Notes under the pieces: model-generated
Databases searched by the model: none
What the model was told of the DNA's origin: nothing
Seen by the model: only the letters and a program-made list of their open reading frames with translations
Assembly: GCA_964447005.1 (NCBI GenBank)
Contig: CAYUQP010000006.1
Location: 13,640 to 77,639, forward strand
DNA: 64,000 nt
Direction: 5' to 3'
Source of the DNA: an uncultured Bacteroidales bacterium
GTDB lineage: Bacteria; Bacteroidota; Bacteroidia; Bacteroidales; JAGOPY01
Shown: one piece after another, positions 9,398 to 19,190 of the stretch
Position numbering within the stretch: position 1 is the stretch's first letter
How the letters are laid out: the number at the start of each line of letters is the position of its first letter
Program-made: the position numbers and the translations under genes

Positions 9398-9444
9398 AGA
9401 TGAAAACTATTAAGTCTTTAAAATTATACTAAATAGATGTGCTC

Positions 9445-11532
9445 ATGAAAAAATATCTTTTAAAAAACATGGACTGTGCATCATGTGCTTCAAAAATTGA
9501 AGACCACCTGACAAAGCTGGATAAGGTAAAATTTGTAAATGTAAATTTTGCTCATTCAAGCCTTACTATTGATACTGATGATTTCGAAATGGTAAAAGCC
9601 CGAATAAAAGAGATAGAACCGGAAGTGGAAGTAGAAGAAAACAATAAAGAGAAAATATTGGTTTCAACAAACGAGCTTAAAGAAAATAAATGGACCATTA
9701 TTAAAGCAGTTTCCGGGTTTCTGTTTTTACTTGCAGGTATAATATTCAGAGAAGAAATACACAATACACCCTATCATATTGCTGAATATTTAATATTTGG
9801 AACTGCTTACCTTATCGTAGGCTGGAAGGTTATTTCATCTGCCGTAAAAAATATAATCAGGGGGCAGTTGTTTAACGAACAGTTTTTAATGACCATAGCT
9901 ACTCTTGGAGCATTTGCAATAGATGAAATGCCCGAAGCTGTTGCTGTAATGCTGTTTTATGTTGTCGGGGAGCTCTTCCAGGATATTGCGCTTAACCGTT
10001 CCCGAAAGTCAATTAAATCGCTGCTTGAAATAAAACCTGATTTTGCCAATTTATTGTTGGATGGAGAATTGACAAGGGTTTCACCTGAGAGTATTGAAAT
10101 AGGTGATATAATTATGGTTAAGGCAGGAGAAAAAATTCCAGTCGATGGCGAAGTTATGGATGGTATTTCATTTGTCGATACTTCGGCTTTGACCGGTGAA
10201 AGTGTGCCACGAAAATTGGAAAAAAATGATATGGCTTTGTCCGGAACTATTAATCAAACCGGGGTGCTTACAATAAAGGTGACCAAATTATTCAGCGAAT
10301 CGTCTGTGACAAAAATTTTGGAACTGGTTGAAAACGCCTCCTCTAAAAAAGCGGAAACCGAAAAGTTCATCACAACGTTTGCCAAATACTATACCCCGGT
10401 TGTGGTTGTTGGAGCTTTGCTGCTTGCAATATTGCCTCCCCTTTTGTTTAGCGGGCAAACTTTCAGTGATTGGATTTACCGTGCGCTGGTTGTATTGGTT
10501 ATTTCCTGTCCCTGCGCATTGGTCATTAGTATTCCGCTGGGATATTTCGGCGGCATAGGCAGTGCTTCAAGAAAAGGAATCCTGGCGAAAGGCTCCAACT
10601 TTCTGGATGCTTTAACGAAGGTTAGGGCTGTGGTATTTGATAAAACAGGCACACTCACTAAGGGTGAATTTAAGGTTTCAGAGGTTGTTACCTCCAACGG
10701 TTTTTCTAAAGAAGAAATATTAGAATATGCTGCTTATGCTGAAACCAATTCAAACCACCCGGTGGCTAAGTCAATTACTGAGGCTTTCGGAAAAAATAAA
10801 GATATCACCCGAATTAATCAAGTTGAAGAAATTTCCGGGCATGGCATTAAGGCTGTAATTGATATGAAAACCGTGCTTGCCGGGAATGATAAATTCCTTC
10901 ATAAGGAAAATATTACCCACCCGGTTTGTAACGTGGAAGGAACAGTGGTACATGTAGCTATTGATAGCACCTATGCCGGGTACATTATTATTTCGGACAC
11001 ATTGAAAGATGATGCCATTGAAGCAATAGAAAAGTTAAAAGCAAAGAATATTCAAACAATAATGCTTACCGGCGACAACAAATTTGCTGCAGCAACCTTT
11101 GCCAAAAAATTAAAGATAGACAGATACTTTTATGAACTGTTGCCCGATGATAAGGTCAAACATATAGAGGATTTAATTACAGAATTTAAGGGTGGAAAGG
11201 TGGCTTTTGTCGGAGATGGAATAAATGATGCACCGGTAATCGCTCGAGCCGATATTGGAATAGCCATGGGCGCTCTTGGATCAGATGCAGCTATTGAAAC
11301 TGCTGATGTGGTGCTGATGACCGATTCACCTTCGAAAGTCGCCATAGCTATTGATGTTGCAAAAAGAACAAGAAACATTGTCTGGCAGAATATCTTTTTT
11401 GCATTGGGCGTAAAACTTGTTTTTATAATTCTTGGCGTTTTAGGAATTGCCACCATGTGGGAAGCAGTATTCGGCGATATAGGAGTAGCGTTAATCGCTG
11501 TATTTAATGCAATCAGGATACTAAGAGGTTAA
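9445..11532 (+). CDS. Heavy-metal translocating P1B-type ATPase (Zn/Cd/Co/Pb type)
   Basis: HMA domain MDCASCASKIEDHL, TM CPC motif (SCPCALVIS), DKTGTLT, HP, GDGINDAP. ATG at 9445 is preferred over the GTG at 9439. Confidence 0.95.
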   Translation: MKKYLLKNMDCASCASKIEDHLTKLDKVKFVNVNFAHSSLTIDTDDFEMVKARIKEIEPEVEVEENNKEKILVSTNELKENKWTIIKAVSGFLFLLAGIIFREEIHNTPYHIAEYLIFGTAYLIVGWKVISSAVKNIIRGQLFNEQFLMTIATLGAFAIDEMPEAVAVMLFYVVGELFQDIALNRSRKSIKSLLEIKPDFANLLLDGELTRVSPESIEIGDIIMVKAGEKIPVDGEVMDGISFVDTSALTGESVPRKLEKNDMALSGTINQTGVLTIKVTKLFSESSVTKILELVENASSKKAETEKFITTFAKYYTPVVVVGALLLAILPPLLFSGQTFSDWIYRALVVLVISCPCALVISIPLGYFGGIGSASRKGILAKGSNFLDALTKVRAVVFDKTGTLTKGEFKVSEVVTSNGFSKEEILEYAAYAETNSNHPVAKSITEAFGKNKDITRINQVEEISGHGIKAVIDMKTVLAGNDKFLHKENITHPVCNVEGTVVHVAIDSTYAGYIIISDTLKDDAIEAIEKLKAKNIQTIMLTGDNKFAAATFAKKLKIDRYFYELLPDDKVKHIEDLITEFKGGKVAFVGDGINDAPVIARADIGIAMGALGSDAAIETADVVLMTDSPSKVAIAIDVAKRTRNIVWQNIFFALGVKLVFIILGVLGIATMWEAVFGDIGVALIAVFNAIRILRG

Positions 11533-11597
11533 TTACAAAGTTATATACTTATATATATTGGAAATATTATCAAATTTTAACAACAAAATTTTACAAC

Positions 11598-12113
11598 ATG
11601 AAAACAAGAAAAATTTTAGTAATTTCTGTAATGATCATTTCAACCATGGTCGTTGTTTCCTGTAAAAAGGATAAAAATGAATCTGATCTTACAAACCAGG
11701 TTACAGGTACTTATAATGGTACGCTTACCCAGGGGGCATTAAAATCCGGTGCTGGTTCAGCAAAATGCGATGTCTCCAGATTCAATGACTATACTGTTGA
11801 AATACATTGTTATGGCATAGAGCTTGACACAACCTTCATGCTTGAACTGTATCAAAATGCAAATTATATGATGGCATGCTTTACAAGCGATGATTTTTAT
11901 AATGAATATGGACATTATGAATCAGAAGATCATCATATGATGGGAAATAATGGGGATTGGACAAATTGGGATCAACACATGAGCAACGACCATGAATCAG
12001 GTGATCAACATTACGGAAGTTTCAATACTGATGATCACACCTTTGATTATACTCTGAAAATGCACAATAACCAGGGGGACTACACATTGCGGTTTATTGG
12101 AAGCAAGGAATAA
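11598..12113 (+). CDS. Hypothetical lipoprotein with a His/Asp-rich C-terminal half
   Basis: Lipobox VVSC; HYESEDHHMMGNNGDW..HMSNDHESGDQHY. Confidence 0.5.
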   Translation: MKTRKILVISVMIISTMVVVSCKKDKNESDLTNQVTGTYNGTLTQGALKSGAGSAKCDVSRFNDYTVEIHCYGIELDTTFMLELYQNANYMMACFTSDDFYNEYGHYESEDHHMMGNNGDWTNWDQHMSNDHESGDQHYGSFNTDDHTFDYTLKMHNNQGDYTLRFIGSKE

Positions 12114-12208
12114 GGAGTTAAAGTCGGCGTAATGCCAGGCTTGCAATCTGACGGGTAAATCCATCGGTACTGGATTTCGATCTCAGTCCGGTGGGTAAAT
12201 CCGTCGGT

Positions 12209-12430
12209 TCATCCACAATATCTGCAATTATGGCTTTCCTGGATTGGCGGACATTTTTCACTGCCGTAAGAACAGAAAACACAACAGTCGCCGGTTTTCG
12301 GTTTTAGAATCAGTCCACAGTTTGTACATTTATAGAAGTATTGACAGGCATCGGTCGGCATTATCTCATCTTTCCTGAATCCGCACTGAGGGCAGGTTAT
12401 TGTTGAGTTTAATATTATTTCCTGAATCAT
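12209..12430 (-). CDS. GDCCVxC-domain small metal-associated Cys-rich protein
   Basis: CPQCG...CQYFYKCTNCG...TGDCCVFCSYGSEKCPP matches the GDCCVxC family signature recalled from NCBI family naming. Confidence 0.75.
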   Translation of the reverse strand: MIQEIILNSTITCPQCGFRKDEIMPTDACQYFYKCTNCGLILKPKTGDCCVFCSYGSEKCPPIQESHNCRYCG

Positions 12431-12632
12431 TTAATAATTCCTATTCTTAAGTAGAAATGCATGAAACTATAAAAGTACCTCTAAAAACCGAATTGTGATA
12501 ATAAATAACAAATCATCTTATCTGTTAATATTCAGACTGTTTCAAAGTCATGGTGCCTAAATTAAAAAAATATTATCTTTTATAAAACAATTTACTGAAA
12601 CATGCGTTTATTTAAATATATTGATTTAAAAA

Positions 12633-13007
12633 ATGAAAAAGGCCGGAATGAGCATAATGGTTTTCCTCCTGTTGATCGCAACAGGTGGTTTATCTGTTAC
12701 CAGGCATTATTGCGGCCGAACATTTGCATCCTTTGCTTTATTTTCAACCCCTGAACCTTGCTGTGGTCATGAATGTGAAAAATGCCACAACGTATTCAGT
12801 TTTAATAAAGTCACGGATAATTTTACGGTATCCTCGTCTGAGGAGGTTAATTCACCATTATCTGAAAATTTATTCTTCTTTAATGTATTTTTCGAATTGC
12901 CGGAAACTATTACAATAGCTTCATCCGGTGATCACATATTCCACAGAAAATTTCTTCCCCCAAAAACCGGTGATATTCCGGTTTCTTTTGGCAATTTCCG
13001 TTGCTGA
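12633..13007 (+). CDS. HYC_CC_PP-family small secreted protein
   Basis: Signal peptide, then RHYCG, EPCCGHECEKCH and a C-terminal FLPPKTGD (HYC, CC and PP landmarks). Confidence 0.65.
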   Translation: MKKAGMSIMVFLLLIATGGLSVTRHYCGRTFASFALFSTPEPCCGHECEKCHNVFSFNKVTDNFTVSSSEEVNSPLSENLFFFNVFFELPETITIASSGDHIFHRKFLPPKTGDIPVSFGNFRC

Positions 13008-13203
13008 AATCCTGCTTTCCGGGAACGAGTTCCGTGTGATGGCGGTGATTATATTATTCACCCATTATTGAGTTTGCTTTCTACGTGACTCGCAGCATTT
13101 AATGCAGGGTTCCCTCTATTCCCATTAATTTTTAAATAAATAGCCATCTGGTTTTTGCGGGTGGTATTTGAGTCAATCCATTCTTATTAATAATTACTTA
13201 AAA

Positions 13204-13695
13204 ATGAAAAAAATGAAAAAGATCGCATTGTTTATGGCTATGATCATTACTTTATCAGCCATCACATTCAGTTGTTCAAAGGATGATAGTCAAGATAAAC
13301 TCAAAGCCGAGTTGGACAGTACGGAAAGTTTGGTACTTAATACCTTCCGGGAAGCTAAGTCGAAAGATGATTCGCTTGCAAAATATGTTGATCCTTACGG
13401 CCAATCCTTAAATCCAACAGTTTTTATGATGGACAGCCTTTATCACATGAACGATTCTCTATGTATTGTATATTATCTGACCTATTGCGAAGAAATGCTG
13501 GATGGTGATAACATGATGGGCGGAAATATGATGGGCGGTGGAATGATGCATGGTAGCGACATGATGGAAACACATACCTTCATGGGTGATACCTCCTTGG
13601 TAAATCAATATTACCGTGAATTGAACATGATCAGGCAGGCACATCCGGCACATCACCCGGTAGAGCCATCAGAACATGAATTACATCATCGTTAA
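13204..13695 (+). CDS. Lipoprotein with a Met/His-rich tract (candidate Cu(I)/Ag(I)-binding)
   Basis: Lipobox TFSC; DNMMGGNMMGGGMMHGSDMMETH and a C-terminal HPAHHPVEPSEHELHH. The TTG at 13168 was rejected in favour of the ATG at 13204. Confidence 0.6.
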   Translation: MKKMKKIALFMAMIITLSAITFSCSKDDSQDKLKAELDSTESLVLNTFREAKSKDDSLAKYVDPYGQSLNPTVFMMDSLYHMNDSLCIVYYLTYCEEMLDGDNMMGGNMMGGGMMHGSDMMETHTFMGDTSLVNQYYRELNMIRQAHPAHHPVEPSEHELHHR

Positions 13696-13760
13696 ATAAT
13701 CGTCTTAGCTTTTTAACTGTATAGTATTCAGTTAATTTATTAAATTTTAATTCTAATCTT

Positions 13761-14018
13761 ATGAAAAATTCAATTATTATCATGTTGCTTGGGCTATCAT
13801 TGGCCGCAACACTGCCCTCCTGCAGCAATCCGACCACAAAGAGTCCTGCTGTTGAATCAAAAGCAAAGGAACAAATAGTTTATACCTGCCCTATGCATCC
13901 TGAAATACAAAGCGATAAACCTGGCGATTGCCCAAAATGCGGCATGGAGCTTGTCAAAATGGAACCAGGCACCAACACCAGTATGCCACATGATACAGGC
14001 AAAATGCACAGGCATTAA
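13761..14018 (+). CDS. Small lipoprotein with a heavy-metal-binding domain (HMBD, C-x-MHP...C-P-x-CGM type)
   Basis: Lipobox LPSC; YTCPMHPEIQSDKPGDCPKCGMELV. Confidence 0.75.
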   Translation: MKNSIIIMLLGLSLAATLPSCSNPTTKSPAVESKAKEQIVYTCPMHPEIQSDKPGDCPKCGMELVKMEPGTNTSMPHDTGKMHRH

Positions 14019-14034
14019 CATAATATGATTTCCT

Positions 14035-17000
14035 ATGAATAATCCATTTAACCGGCTGGTTAAATATTTTCTCGAAAACCGGCTGATCACGTTCATATTT
14101 CTGATCTCTTTCGTGGTGCTGGGAATTGTTTATATGCCATTCAACCTGAAAACGGGTTTCTTTCCCCGTGATCCGGTACCGGTTGATGCAATCCCTGATA
14201 TTGGCGAAAATCAGCAAATCGTGGCAACAGAGTGGATGGGACGGTCACCCAAAGACATCCAGGACCAGGTGACTTACCCTTTGACCACTGCATTACTGGG
14301 TATTCCCGGCGTACAGAATGTGCGTAGCACATCCATGTTCGGTATGTCGTTTATCTACATTATTTTCAAAGATAATATTGATTATTACTGGAGTCGTTCA
14401 CGCATTCTTGAAAAACTCAATTCCTTGTCGCCTGGCATACTACCTGATGGAGTGCAACCAACTCTGGGCCCGGATGCGACAGCACTCGGACAAATATATT
14501 GGTACACTCTTGAAGGCCGGGACCCAAAGACCGGCCAACCCAACGGCGGATGGGATCCCGAGGAACTCAGAACCATCCAGAATTTTTATGTCAAATACGG
14601 ATTAACCACTGCAGAAGGTGTTTCTGAGGTAGCTTCTGTCGGCGGCTTTATTAAGGAATACCAGATCGACTTAAATCCCGAAGCGCTTAAGGCATTTAAT
14701 GTATCGGTTATGGATGTGATGAATGCTGTGCGAAAAAGCAACCTGGACATAGGTGCAGAAACCATGGAATTGAATAATGTTGAATATATTATCCGTGGTC
14801 TGGGTTATGTAAAGAATCTGGAAGATATCGAACTCTCTGTAGTTGCAGTCCGGAATAATGTTCCGGTGCGCATCAAAGATGTCGCCCGTGTTGGATTTGG
14901 CCCGGCTACCCGGCGTGGCGGCCTTGATAAGGCGGGTTCCGAAGCGGTAGGCGCTGTCGTTGTCGCGCGCTATGGGTCAAATCCTATGGAAGTCATCAAC
15001 AACGTTAAAGATAAAATAAAAGAGATAGAAGCTGGATTACCGCAGAAAATCTTGCCTGACGGCTCAGTTTCCAAGGTAACGATTGTTCCTTTTTACGACC
15101 GTACCGGGCTCATAAAAGAAACAATCGGCACCCTCGAATATGCACTTTCGCATGAAATCCTGATCAGTATTATCGTGATTATCATCCTGGTAATGAACCT
15201 TAGAGCATCTCTTATCGTAGCGGGATTACTGCCCATCGGTGTATTGATGACTTTTATCCTTATGCGGTTGTTCGGCATAGATGCTAATATTGTTGCCTTG
15301 TCCGGCATAGCAATTGCCATCGGTGTGATGGTCGATATCGGAATTGTGGACGTGGAAAATATTCTCCGGCACCTGGAGATGCCGGAGAATCATGGTATTC
15401 GGGGGAGGAAACTGCTTGATGTTATTTACCAGGCAACGACCGAAGTTCGGGCAGCGGTTGTGACATCGATTGCTACTACAATCGTAAGTTTCCTGCCGGT
15501 TTTTGCCATGCAGGCTGCCGAAGGCAAATTATTTCATCCTTTGGCTTTCACCAAAACCTTTGCTCTGATCGCTGCATTTATCCTCGGAATTGTCGTTCTT
15601 CCAACTCTGGTGCATATATTTTTTAATATCCGCTTTGATACAAAGAAAATACGTAAGGTTTGGAATGGAGGCCTGATCCTTGCAGGACTGGCATTTATTA
15701 TTATCTGGCAAACATGGCCTGCATTAGCTTTAATTGCTGTCGGTATAAATAATTTACTCGATTACCGTTGGCCTGAGCATCGTAAAGAATATCCCAACTA
15801 TATTAATATTGCCATCACCGTGCTTATTGCAGCCTGGTTTCTTTCGGTTGAATGGTTGCCGCTCGGTGCTCATAATAGTAATTTTATCAATTTTCTCTTT
15901 GTGGCTGCAATTATAGCCGTAATTCTTGCTGCCCTGATGTCAATGGTACATTATTATGAAGAAATTATCCGTTGGGCGCTTGCGCACAAAACTAAGTTTC
16001 TGCTCATACCGGCCGTCACTTTATTTTTTGGTTTGCTGGCATGGCAGGGCTTTGATAAAATCTTCGGTTTTGTGGCATCTGGAGCTGAGGGCATTGGCTG
16101 GAAAAATTTCAGGCAAACAGTAGTCTGGCAAGGACCGGTAAAGGCATTTCCCGGAACAGGCAAGGAGTTCATGCCTTCTTTAAACGAAGGTTCTTTCCTG
16201 CTTATGCCTACCAGTATGCCACATTCCAGTATAGAAAAAAACCTGCAATATATCGAAACACTTGACAAACGGTTGTCCGCTATTCCTGAAGTCGAAATTG
16301 CCGTTGGAAAATGGGGCCGTGTTAATTCCGCTCTCGATCCTGCCCCGGTCCAGATGTTTGAAAATACAATCAACTATCGTTCTGAATATATTTTGGACGA
16401 AGATGGACATCGGATGCAGTTTAAAGTTGACCGTGATGGTAACTATGTTTTAAGAAACGGATCAACATATAATCCTGATAAGGACGAATTCAAAGTTATT
16501 CCTGCCGACAGTCTTGTTTCTGATAAAAAAGGAGAATATTTCCGCCAGTGGCGTCCTCAGATAAAAAAACCGCTTGATATCTGGAACGAAATTGTCAAAG
16601 TTACGGATATACCCGGGCTGACTTCTGCTCCAAAGTTACAACCCATTGAAACAAGGCTGGTGATGCTTTCCACGGGTATGCGTGCACCGATGGGCCTTAA
16701 AGTCTTCGGCCCCGATCTTAGTTCTATCGAACAAGCCGGGCTTGCTCTTGAGATGGCTCTGAAAGAGGTGCCTTCAATCAAAGCATCATCAGTGTTTTAT
16801 GACAGAGCTGTAGGGGCACCATACCTCGAAATCAAGCTTAATCGTGAAGCGATGGCCAGATACGGGATGAGCATAAATGATGTGCAGGAGGTACTACAGG
16901 TAGCTGTCGGGGGTATGACACTGACCACATCTGTCGAGGGCCGGGAAAGGTTCCCGATCAGGGTCCGATATGCACGGGAATTACGAGATAATCCTGAAGC

Positions 17001-17916
17001 TCTCAAACGCATCTTGATACCTTCAATGAATGGTGTCCAGGTACCCCTGGGTGAAATCGCAAATATTGATTACACCCGTGGCGCACAAATGATACGAAGC
17101 GAAAACACTTTTCTTAACGGGTATGTTATTTTCGATAAAACAGAAGGCAAAGCAGAAGTGGATGTTGTGGAAGAAGCAGCAAAAATATTAAAACAGCAAA
17201 TAGCATCAGGATCACTAATCCTGCCTGCCGGAGTATCTTATAAATTTGCAGGCAATTACGAACACCAGCTCAGGGCAACAAAAAGACTAGCAATCGTAAT
17301 ACCTATAAGCCTGCTCCTGATACTGTTGCTGCTATATTTTCAATTTCGTACGGTGACAGCGTCTTTTATTCATTTTTCCGGAGTTTTCGTAGCCTTTGCC
17401 GGCGGGTTTATTATGCTTTGGTTATATGGCCAGGGTTGGTTTTTGAATTTTTCTGTTGCAGGGATAAACCTTCGGGACATGTTCCAGATGCACACTATAA
17501 ATCTGAGTGTGGCAGTCTGGGTTGGTTTTATTGCGCTGTTCGGTATAGCCACAAATGATGGAGTGATAATGGGGACTTATATTCACCAGGTATTTGAGGC
17601 GAAACATCCGGCAACAGTTCACGATGTGCGTGAGGCAGTCGTAGCGGCTGGAATGAAACGTGTACGGCCTGCGATGATGACAACGGCTGTGGCAGTCATA
17701 GCCCTGTTACCCGTTTTATCCTCCACCGGAAAAGGCTCTGACATCATGATCCCAATGGCAATACCCATGTTTGGGGGCATGGTCATCCAGGTTATGACTG
17801 TCTTCGTGGTGCCTTTGTTTCAAGCGATTTGGAGGGAAAGATCGGTAATCCATCAAAATAAAATAGCAGTCCAATCAATTAATAATGAATTTAATGATGA
17901 AAATTCGGGTATTTAG
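14035..17916 (+). CDS. CusA/CzcA-family RND permease, unusually long (1293 aa) with extra hydrophobic segments and a periplasmic insertion
   Basis: HME-RND N-terminus (FNRLVKYFLENRLITFIF...) and C-terminus. Additional hydrophobic stretches lie between canonical TM6 and TM7 (GGLILAGLAFIIIWQTWPALALIAVGI, INIAITVLIAAWFLSV, FINFLFVAAIIAVILAALMSMV). Confidence 0.9.
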   Translation: MNNPFNRLVKYFLENRLITFIFLISFVVLGIVYMPFNLKTGFFPRDPVPVDAIPDIGENQQIVATEWMGRSPKDIQDQVTYPLTTALLGIPGVQNVRSTSMFGMSFIYIIFKDNIDYYWSRSRILEKLNSLSPGILPDGVQPTLGPDATALGQIYWYTLEGRDPKTGQPNGGWDPEELRTIQNFYVKYGLTTAEGVSEVASVGGFIKEYQIDLNPEALKAFNVSVMDVMNAVRKSNLDIGAETMELNNVEYIIRGLGYVKNLEDIELSVVAVRNNVPVRIKDVARVGFGPATRRGGLDKAGSEAVGAVVVARYGSNPMEVINNVKDKIKEIEAGLPQKILPDGSVSKVTIVPFYDRTGLIKETIGTLEYALSHEILISIIVIIILVMNLRASLIVAGLLPIGVLMTFILMRLFGIDANIVALSGIAIAIGVMVDIGIVDVENILRHLEMPENHGIRGRKLLDVIYQATTEVRAAVVTSIATTIVSFLPVFAMQAAEGKLFHPLAFTKTFALIAAFILGIVVLPTLVHIFFNIRFDTKKIRKVWNGGLILAGLAFIIIWQTWPALALIAVGINNLLDYRWPEHRKEYPNYINIAITVLIAAWFLSVEWLPLGAHNSNFINFLFVAAIIAVILAALMSMVHYYEEIIRWALAHKTKFLLIPAVTLFFGLLAWQGFDKIFGFVASGAEGIGWKNFRQTVVWQGPVKAFPGTGKEFMPSLNEGSFLLMPTSMPHSSIEKNLQYIETLDKRLSAIPEVEIAVGKWGRVNSALDPAPVQMFENTINYRSEYILDEDGHRMQFKVDRDGNYVLRNGSTYNPDKDEFKVIPADSLVSDKKGEYFRQWRPQIKKPLDIWNEIVKVTDIPGLTSAPKLQPIETRLVMLSTGMRAPMGLKVFGPDLSSIEQAGLALEMALKEVPSIKASSVFYDRAVGAPYLEIKLNREAMARYGMSINDVQEVLQVAVGGMTLTTSVEGRERFPIRVRYARELRDNPEALKRILIPSMNGVQVPLGEIANIDYTRGAQMIRSENTFLNGYVIFDKTEGKAEVDVVEEAAKILKQQIASGSLILPAGVSYKFAGNYEHQLRATKRLAIVIPISLLLILLLLYFQFRTVTASFIHFSGVFVAFAGGFIMLWLYGQGWFLNFSVAGINLRDMFQMHTINLSVAVWVGFIALFGIATNDGVIMGTYIHQVFEAKHPATVHDVREAVVAAGMKRVRPAMMTTAVAVIALLPVLSSTGKGSDIMIPMAIPMFGGMVIQVMTVFVVPLFQAIWRERSVIHQNKIAVQSINNEFNDENSGI

Positions 17917-19177
17917 AAAATTACTGATGGTATCGTTTGTCCTTTGTTGCGGGTTAATTGGCAGTGGTCAGCAACAACCTGATTCTCTGTTCAATTACCT
18001 TGAGATTGCAGCGAAAAACAATCCGACCGTCCTTCAGCGCTATTATGAATATGAAGCTGCCCTGCAAAAGGTACCACAGGTTGGCAGTTTACCAGATCCG
18101 AGTTTGAGTATCGGCGTATTTCTAAGTCCTATGGAACTTATTTCCGGGAACCAGGTGGCGGATCTGAGGTTGATGCAGATGTTTCCCTGGTTTGGTGTCA
18201 TTAAATATGCCAAAGATGAAATGAGCCTGATGGCAAAAGCAAAATACGAATCGTTCAGAGATGCCAAATTGCAGGTGTTTTATGATGTGCAGAAGAGCTG
18301 GTATGAATTGCATAAGCTCAAACAGAATATCCGGATCTCAGAGAAAAATATTGAGATCCTTAAGACTATTGAAAGTCTGGCCATTGTCAGGTTCAAAGCG
18401 GCTCCGACAGGGAATTCAGGTCTGGCAGATATCTATCGGATTCAGATTGAAATCGGCGATCTTCAGAATAATATTGCCCTGTTAAAAACTCAATGGAACA
18501 CAGTATCCGCATTCTTTAACAGCTATTTGAACAGGCTCCCTGATTCACCGGTTTCACTTCCTGATACGTTAATAGCTACTGACTTTTCACTGTCTCTGAC
18601 AGCTATATCAGATAGTACGCTGGTCAACAATCCGATGCTGGGGATGCTTCAATATGAGCAGCAGTCATTGGAAGCCCGTAAACAAATGGTAACACGAATG
18701 GGCTATCCTATGATCGGAGTGGGTTTAAATTATTCTATTATCGGTAAAAGCGAAATGTCAACATCATCAATGAACGGTCAAGATATGATCATGCCAATGG
18801 TCACTGCCACACTGCCTATCTACCGTAAAAAATATAAAGCATTGCAAGATGAAGCTGACTTATTAAAATCAGCTGCTTTGCAAAATTACAAAGCTACTTC
18901 AAATGAGCTTAAAACCGACTATTATCAAGCCATGCAGTTATACCTGGATGCTCAACGCAGGATAAAACTTTATGCTGAACAATTCGAATTGGCATCAAAA
19001 ACGTTCGACATCATGCTTAAAAGTTTTGCTTCGTCCACTGTTGATCTCACTGATATATTGCGCGTTCGTCAACAAACACTTGATTATGAATACAAACAGA
19101 TAGAGGCCATAGCAGATTTTAACAAATCTATCGCCTGGCTCAAACGATTAATGGCATCCTCAAACACAGAAAACTAG
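17885..19177 (+). CDS. TolC-family outer-membrane efflux protein
   Basis: Signal peptide plus two OEP repeats (YLEIAAKNNPTVLQ..., LTDILRVRQQTLDYEYKQIEAIADFNKSIAWLKRL). The start overlaps the upstream gene by 32 nt, and in-frame ATGs at 17894 and 17897 are alternatives. Confidence 0.85.
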   Translation: MNLMMKIRVFRKLLMVSFVLCCGLIGSGQQQPDSLFNYLEIAAKNNPTVLQRYYEYEAALQKVPQVGSLPDPSLSIGVFLSPMELISGNQVADLRLMQMFPWFGVIKYAKDEMSLMAKAKYESFRDAKLQVFYDVQKSWYELHKLKQNIRISEKNIEILKTIESLAIVRFKAAPTGNSGLADIYRIQIEIGDLQNNIALLKTQWNTVSAFFNSYLNRLPDSPVSLPDTLIATDFSLSLTAISDSTLVNNPMLGMLQYEQQSLEARKQMVTRMGYPMIGVGLNYSIIGKSEMSTSSMNGQDMIMPMVTATLPIYRKKYKALQDEADLLKSAALQNYKATSNELKTDYYQAMQLYLDAQRRIKLYAEQFELASKTFDIMLKSFASSTVDLTDILRVRQQTLDYEYKQIEAIADFNKSIAWLKRLMASSNTEN

Positions 19178-19190
19178 AAAGATTGAACAT

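Noticed and set aside
12151-12208. Direct repeat acGGGTAAATCCaTCGGT / gtGGGTAAATCCgTCGGT in the convergent gap after 11598-12113.
   Set aside because: There are only two short copies 40 nt apart with no strong hairpin. It is probably a small REP-like or terminator remnant, with too little signal to interpret.
12209-12430. Possible selenocysteine (TGA) recoding in the GDCCVxC protein, a family that has selenoprotein members.
   Set aside because: The ORF is complete with Cys at the GDCCVFC positions and no in-frame TGA, and no SECIS-like need is evident.
17885-17916. 32-nt overlap between the CusA-like and TolC-like genes as a possible frameshift or fusion.
   Set aside because: The two reading frames differ, and each protein has a normal end and start (stop after ...NDENSGI, and a signal peptide beginning MNLMMKIRVF or MMKIRVF). 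Ordinary overlapping or alternative start codons explain the overlap.
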